Positions 26,764 through 32,000 of a stretch of DNA of 32,000 bases are shown piece by piece (the stretch's first letter is position 1; the number at the start of each line of letters is the position of its first letter). The stretch comes from Candidatus Heimdallarchaeota archaeon (GTDB taxonomy: Archaea; Asgardarchaeota; Heimdallarchaeia; Heimdallarchaeales; Kariarchaeaceae): positions 1-32,000 of the forward strand of contig JASBSB010000001.1 in assembly GCA_030149205.1 (NCBI GenBank), in the 5' to 3' direction. The notes under the pieces are model-generated. The model was given only the letters and a program-made list of their open reading frames with translations, did no database searches and was not told the origin of the DNA. Made by a program: the position numbers and the translations under genes.

Positions 26764-27623
26764 AAAACACTCCTATCTTGAAACTTTGTGGATTCATGAC
26801 TCAAAATGAGATAAATTTCGCATTAAAATATGACCCAGATTATATCGGTATAGTAGTTGGCTCTCCTAAATCTAAGCGAAATGTTAGTTTAGATGATTTC
26901 ATAGACTTATCAGTACCTAAGAACCAGAAGGTATTAGTTACTGTGAATACTGATCTAAGAACTCTTACGAAGTATTTCAATGAACAAGACATAATAATTC
27001 AGTTACATGGACAATCGAGAAATCTATACTTTTCTAATTTTATAGACTCTAGCACAAGAATAGCATTATCAATTAATTATGAAGAATTAACCAATGCTTT
27101 GAACAGATTTGAAGAAGTTAGAGTAAGAGAAAATAAAGTACCCTTTGAGAATCTTTTGATAGAATCTATAGAAAAATCGGATATAAATTCTTTATCACCA
27201 TCAAAGGTTGAAAAAATAATTCAAAATATTGAATATTTTGTCCTAGATACTAATAAGTATGGGTACGGGGGAACTGGTATTTGCTGGGATTGGAAACATA
27301 TCCCAAATACGTCCACACCTTTGTTAATTGCAGGTGGTATAAATTCAGATAATGTCATTGAAGCATTAAATCAGACCAATGCATGTGGAGTTGATTTATC
27401 CTCAGGAATTGAAATTACAGTCCCTGAAAACGAAATCAAAGGGCTTAAAGAAGAAAAATTATATCAACCTCAGCGAGAGACATCACCTTATCATTTTTAC
27501 AGAAATGAGTCAGGTTCGGGGGTATATTGGAGGAAGGATGAAAGGCTAATTAAGGCAATTCATGATAGAATTATGAAATTTGAAAATCAAAGGAGGAAAC
27601 AAAGTGTTAAAGCAAAATTCTGA
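26760..27623 (+). CDS. trpF: Phosphoribosylanthranilate isomerase with two insertions
   Basis: [33 protein letters not shown] ... KD. Confidence 0.9.
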   Translation: MKNTPILKLCGFMTQNEINFALKYDPDYIGIVVGSPKSKRNVSLDDFIDLSVPKNQKVLVTVNTDLRTLTKYFNEQDIIIQLHGQSRNLYFSNFIDSSTRIALSINYEELTNALNRFEEVRVRENKVPFENLLIESIEKSDINSLSPSKVEKIIQNIEYFVLDTNKYGYGGTGICWDWKHIPNTSTPLLIAGGINSDNVIEALNQTNACGVDLSSGIEITVPENEIKGLKEEKLYQPQRETSPYHFYRNESGSGVYWRKDERLIKAIHDRIMKFENQRRKQSVKAKF

Positions 27624-28860
27624 GAAAGAAATAATTTCAACTGACAGAAATGAGATTCAAATTGAATCAAAGAAATATTCAGATTATCCTGTTAATGGAT
27701 TTTATGGAAAGTTTGGTGGAGCCTATGCACCAGAGATCCTTCAACCTGCCCTAGGAGAGCTGCTAAAAGCCTTTGAAGAGCTAAAATCAGATGAAAATTT
27801 TCTATCAGAATTACATTATCTCAATAGACATTTGGGTGGTAGACCCACCCCATTGTACAAACTGAACAGGTTGACTAAAAAGTTTGGGAACGCACCAATA
27901 ATTCTGAAGAGAGAGGATCTTGTGCATGGTGGTGCACACAAGTTTAACAACGTTATCGGTCAGGCTTTGGTAGCAAAGTTTTTGGGTAAACCTCGGATAA
28001 TTGCTGAAACTGGTGCTGGACAACATGGTGTGGCTACAAGTATTGTAGGAGCTGCTTTAGGCTTAGAAACAGAGATATTTATGGGAGAGGTAGATATCCA
28101 AAGGCAAATGCCAAATGTCCAAAGAATGAAGCTGCTTGGAGCAAAAGTGACAGCTGTGAAGTCCGGGAGTCGAACATTAAAAGATGCGGTTAATGAGGCA
28201 ATGAGAAATTGGGTTGCCACTGTCGAAGACACACATTATCTCATAGGATCTGTCGTAGGCCCACATCCATTTCCTCTTATGGTAAGGCATTTTCAATCTG
28301 TAATTGGGAAGGAACTCAAATCTGAATTCTTTGAAACCTACGGGAGACTGCCAAGTCATGTTGTTGCATGTGTGGGAGGTGGATCTAATGCTGCTGGAAC
28401 TTTTTATCCTCTAATTGATGATGATGTTGAGCTCATAGGTGTTGAAGCTGGTGGTCGAGGAACTGACTTAGGTGAAAACAGTGCCACACTAAACTTTGGA
28501 TCTCCAGCCATTATCCATGGAGCAAAATCTTACTCAATTCAAGACAATGACGGTCAAATAATTGAGACACACTCAATTTCTGCTGGATTGGACTATCCAG
28601 GGGTTGGTCCAGAGCATTCATTTTGGAAGGAGAGCGGGAGAGTTAGATACACCTCTATCACAGACACAGAAGCTCTTCAGGCATTCAATTTGTTATGTAA
28701 ATATGAAGGGATCATCCCTGCATTAGAAAGTTCCCATGCGCTTGCATATGCCCTCAAACTCTCTAAGGAATTAGATAGCACAGAAGAGATTGTTGTCACT
28801 TTATCGGGAAGAGGTGATAAAGACCTTAACTCAGTTTTAAATCTACAGGAGAAAGAATAA
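27580..28860 (+). CDS. trpB: Tryptophan synthase beta chain (TrpB1 type); start uncertain
   Basis: [22 protein letters not shown] (PLP Lys), [48 protein letters not shown]. Confidence 0.98.
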   Translation: MKIKGGNKVLKQNSEKEIISTDRNEIQIESKKYSDYPVNGFYGKFGGAYAPEILQPALGELLKAFEELKSDENFLSELHYLNRHLGGRPTPLYKLNRLTKKFGNAPIILKREDLVHGGAHKFNNVIGQALVAKFLGKPRIIAETGAGQHGVATSIVGAALGLETEIFMGEVDIQRQMPNVQRMKLLGAKVTAVKSGSRTLKDAVNEAMRNWVATVEDTHYLIGSVVGPHPFPLMVRHFQSVIGKELKSEFFETYGRLPSHVVACVGGGSNAAGTFYPLIDDDVELIGVEAGGRGTDLGENSATLNFGSPAIIHGAKSYSIQDNDGQIIETHSISAGLDYPGVGPEHSFWKESGRVRYTSITDTEALQAFNLLCKYEGIIPALESSHALAYALKLSKELDSTEEIVVTLSGRGDKDLNSVLNLQEKE

Positions 28861-28861
28861 T

Positions 28862-29647
28862 TTGTTATTAGAAAACCGTCCTAAATCCAGTCTCAGAGAT
28901 AAACTCAATCAAATTAAAGACAAAGGTGAAGGGATATTATCAATTTATCTCACTTTGGGTTTTCCATCAAAAGAGGAGACAGGAGAGCTGATTGACCTTC
29001 TCTTTAGATCAGGTGCAGATATCGTTGAAATTGGAATACCATTTAGTGATCCAAGTGCTGATGGATCAACCATTCAATTTACCTCTCAAAAGGCTCTTGA
29101 AAATGGTATCAGAGTTAAAGATACTTGGTCAATATTAAGGAACACAAAGAACAGAAAAAACACTGTCCTTATGACCTATGGAAATATTCCCTTTCATTAT
29201 GGGTACCAAAATTTCGCATCTGATGCCCTTGAATCTGGAGCCGAAGGGATAATCCTGCCAGACATTCCACCAGAACTGTTTCCAGCAGAATTAAAATCTC
29301 TTCAACCTATATTTCTTCTAACACCACTAACCGGAGAGAAAAGGTTACATATGGTCGCTGAAAGAAGTTACGGTTTTAACTATATTGTATCTCAACTAAA
29401 TGTTACAGGAGTTCAATCAAATGCTGATAAAAGGGTGAAAAATGTAATTTCACAGGTGAAAAAAATTACTCCAAAAACACCAAATCTCATAGGATTTGGT
29501 GTTTCAAATGAGCAAGATGCTAAAAACAGTATGAAAATTGGAGCGGATGGAATTATTATAGGATCTGCATTTCTAAAACTGTTAATTGATAGTAAATTTT
29601 CAGAGATTGAAGATTATATCTCAGGGATTAAATCAGCTATTTCTTGA
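28862..29647 (+). CDS. trpA: Tryptophan synthase alpha chain
   Basis: YLTLGFP, EIGIPFSDPSADGSTIQ, LMTYGN, PDIPPE, GVTG, IGFGVS, DGIIIGSA. Confidence 0.97.
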   Translation: MLLENRPKSSLRDKLNQIKDKGEGILSIYLTLGFPSKEETGELIDLLFRSGADIVEIGIPFSDPSADGSTIQFTSQKALENGIRVKDTWSILRNTKNRKNTVLMTYGNIPFHYGYQNFASDALESGAEGIILPDIPPELFPAELKSLQPIFLLTPLTGEKRLHMVAERSYGFNYIVSQLNVTGVQSNADKRVKNVISQVKKITPKTPNLIGFGVSNEQDAKNSMKIGADGIIIGSAFLKLLIDSKFSEIEDYISGIKSAIS

Positions 29648-29695
29648 AGAATTATAAGAAGTTTTATTGTCCTTTTTATCCTATATTTTAATTCA

Positions 29696-29956
29696 TCAAG
29701 TTTTTTTCCATTGATAATTACTGAACTCTATAGCATGGAAAATCCTTCCAACCGGAAGCTCATTTTCAGATACCTCTTCACAATACATTGTAAAACCATC
29801 AAAGTTGAAAAAAAAGAATTTGTTAACCTTGTAAATCCTTTTAGGTTTTGCTTGAGCCACTAAATCCAAAAATTCTTGTGCCCTAAACTTAAGTCTATAA
29901 CCACTTCCGTCTGCCTGTTCTGAAGAACTGGAGTATGTTGTATTTACGCTAGCCAC
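29696..29956 (-). CDS. Small hypothetical protein (86 aa)
   Basis: Fills the gap between trpA and the ACT regulator; plausible globular composition; GTG start. Confidence 0.6.
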   Translation of the reverse strand: MASVNTTYSSSSEQADGSGYRLKFRAQEFLDLVAQAKPKRIYKVNKFFFFNFDGFTMYCEEVSENELPVGRIFHAIEFSNYQWKKT

Positions 29957-30097
29957 AGTTTACAAGCTCTAATTAAGAATATAAGGATTTTCTTATTCTG
30001 AAATAATTTTGAGTTATGTGTTGAAAAATCTAATTGAATACTTTATACTGGTTTATATTATAGAATCCACTGTTTCATCAGAGATTTAATTGAAAAT

Positions 30098-30628
30098 TTA
30101 AGATAGAGTAACCTTGATTACATCTTTGTTTTTCAGCAACCTTTCGACGATCTTCCCTGGTATCTTCTTGTCTGTAACAATTGTCATTGTAGCTTCAACA
30201 CTTAACTCAGGATCCTTACAAAGCATATATCGAATGACCAAGTCTTGATCAGCAACTAATTGAGCAGCTAATGCTGCAATACCCACCCCTGATGAAAATG
30301 CATGGATTTCCATTACACCCTCAAAGGAATGTTTATCATAACGTGCGACGTCACTAATATCCGCAACTGTACTAAGATGTGAAAAGACATCAAATAGTGC
30401 AGGATTATTTCTGATGTTTTTCGTAGTTTCTTCTACAACTTTACGATCCACTCGACAGGCTTTGGCAACCTTGGTTACTGATAATTGAACTGGCCCCGCA
30501 AAAATTCCTTCTTCTGTGACTCTAAAACCATACTCAAGAAATAATTCCGCAACTTTTAATCGAGAAGGTTTGTTCTCAAATTCTTTTAAAATATCAGGTC
30601 TCATCAACCTTTTTAGAATTAGGATCAT
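30098..30628 (-). CDS. Archaeal ACT-domain regulator of amino acid metabolism (COG2150-like)
   Basis: KVAELFLEYGFRV, KVAKACRVDRKVV (HTH-like), C-terminal ACT with DPELS..TIVT..KIPG. Start may be the internal Met (MRPDIL). Confidence 0.85.
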   Translation of the reverse strand: MILILKRLMRPDILKEFENKPSRLKVAELFLEYGFRVTEEGIFAGPVQLSVTKVAKACRVDRKVVEETTKNIRNNPALFDVFSHLSTVADISDVARYDKHSFEGVMEIHAFSSGVGIAALAAQLVADQDLVIRYMLCKDPELSVEATMTIVTDKKIPGKIVERLLKNKDVIKVTLS

Positions 30629-30888
30629 AAAAATATATGTTAATGCCCCAAAATTGTAGTCTAAACATTATATAAAGGTAACTTGCCACATTATTAGTTA
30701 GTAACTTAAAAGTGTTCCAAAAAGAATAGATATCTAAATTTCGAGGTTGGTATAATTTACAATTGAATCTGGACCATTATTAGGAAATCGAAGCTGCGTA
30801 TAGGTTATCGGAATTGAATCACCAAAAATGTGGTGAAATGGTTATTTTATTCCATAACTTTTACAAATTAGGAAACGTACCAATTTTC

Positions 30889-31989
30889 ATGAGTTATGAA
30901 AGTAAGTTGAATCAATTACGTACTAATATACGTGAATTAGATTCAAAAATTGTGAATCTACTTAAGGAACGATTGGAGCTTGCTGTGGAAATTGGAAAGA
31001 TTAAATCAGAGTTGAAATTGCCTGTGAAGAATTTTCAAGTTGAAAAAGAAGTTATTCAACGAGCAAGGTTATTAAGTGAGCAATCTGGATTAGATCCAGA
31101 TTTCATGGAAAATATTATGAGCCTAACAATCAATGCCTCTGTTAATAAGCAGTTACAGGAGGTTAAATCTACCCCAGTTTTGCTTGAGGATTCACAGAGA
31201 GTTTTGGTGGTTGGTGGTTTGGGTAAGATGGGTGATTGGTTGTTGGGCTTCTTCCAATCTTCTGGATACATTGTGCATGTGGCAGATATTAAAGTAAGGG
31301 AGGAGGATGATACACATTTCAAAACATTACCCAATGATCAAAACTATGATTATATATTCATAGCAACCCCACTTGACAGACTTGGTGAAGACCTAAAAAA
31401 TGCTGCTAGGTCTTTTCCTGATTCCATTATAATAGAAATTGGTTCTTTAAAGTCCCACTTAATAGATGCGATAGCAGAAGTGATCAAAAGTGGTGGAAAG
31501 GTTGTCTCAATACATCCTATGTTCGGAGCAGATGTTGTGAATTTATCCGGGAGAAAACTAATTATCTGTACAAATGGGTTACCAGAGGAGGAACGAATGA
31601 CTGAAGCACTCTTTTCAGACACAACAGTAGAAATATCACATTTAAGGTTGAATGAACATGATAAGTATATTCTATACACTCTGGGTCTCTCCCATCTCAT
31701 CAATCTTTTGATGGGTGATGTTCTCCAATCCTCTGAATATGACTTTCCTTCACTTCGAAGAGTGGCTGGTACAACCTTTGATAAACAGATGCTAACCACC
31801 TTAGAAGTCTTTTCTGAGAATCCTTATCTCTACTATTCTATTCAACATTTAAACAAATTTCGAAGAAACTTATTTTTTGAGATGCAGGATTCGTTAAACA
31901 GGCTTATGTTCGCAATAGAAGGAGACGAACCCTCTGAATTTATTGAACTAATGGAACAGGGGAGAATGTTTTTGCTGGGAGAAAATTAA
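30889..31989 (+). CDS. tyrA: Bifunctional chorismate mutase/prephenate dehydrogenase (likely start MSYESK at 30889)
   Basis: AroQ-type LRTNIRELDSKIVNLLKERLEL..IGKIK; Rossmann VGGLGKMG; EIGSLK, SIHPMFG, HDKY...GLSH. Confidence 0.92.
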   Translation: MSYESKLNQLRTNIRELDSKIVNLLKERLELAVEIGKIKSELKLPVKNFQVEKEVIQRARLLSEQSGLDPDFMENIMSLTINASVNKQLQEVKSTPVLLEDSQRVLVVGGLGKMGDWLLGFFQSSGYIVHVADIKVREEDDTHFKTLPNDQNYDYIFIATPLDRLGEDLKNAARSFPDSIIIEIGSLKSHLIDAIAEVIKSGGKVVSIHPMFGADVVNLSGRKLIICTNGLPEEERMTEALFSDTTVEISHLRLNEHDKYILYTLGLSHLINLLMGDVLQSSEYDFPSLRRVAGTTFDKQMLTTLEVFSENPYLYYSIQHLNKFRRNLFFEMQDSLNRLMFAIEGDEPSEFIELMEQGRMFLLGEN

Positions 31990-32000
31990 CAATAACATTG

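Noticed and set aside
3964-31799. Many 60-150 aa ORFs antisense to or nested in long genes (e.g. 26238-26687, 27960-28232, 31350-31799)
   Set aside because: Shadow ORFs of well-supported genes with no independent motifs.
1-32000. tRNA/rRNA genes, transposases, integrases
   Set aside because: None recognised on either strand.

Overview
An archaeal genomic segment. Evidence: TATA-like boxes about 23 nt upstream of apparently leaderless starts, GGTGA Shine-Dalgarno motifs and a COG2150-type regulator. 7TM/longin-like and tandem-Lrp-like proteins point to an Asgard lineage (inference). 1-11.5 kb: a complete type I-B CRISPR-Cas locus on the minus strand (cas6-cas8b-cas7-cas5-cas3-cas4-cas1-cas2-leader-array; 37 repeats and 36 complete spacers visible, array runs off the left edge). 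cas2 is absent from the ORF track because it has no ATG/GTG/TTG start. 11.7-15.3 kb: two AT-rich putative regulators separated by a 600-bp gap holding a candidate 45-aa peptide gene and a candidate structured RNA. 15.4-19.2 kb: a 1063-aa surface protein (FG-GAP repeats, beta-trefoil-like insert, two Ser/Thr-rich beta-hairpin-like regions) plus a coupled membrane protein. 19.4-24 kb: a UbiA prenyltransferase and a prenylcysteine oxidase (PCYOX1)-like flavoprotein flanked by two paralogous 7TM/longin-like proteins; this is the most novel-looking module. 24.2-32 kb: an SRPBCC protein, trpD-C-F-B-A without trpE/G, a small hypothetical, an ACT-domain regulator and a chorismate mutase-prephenate dehydrogenase. 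All family assignments come from motif recognition by eye; no database searches were run.
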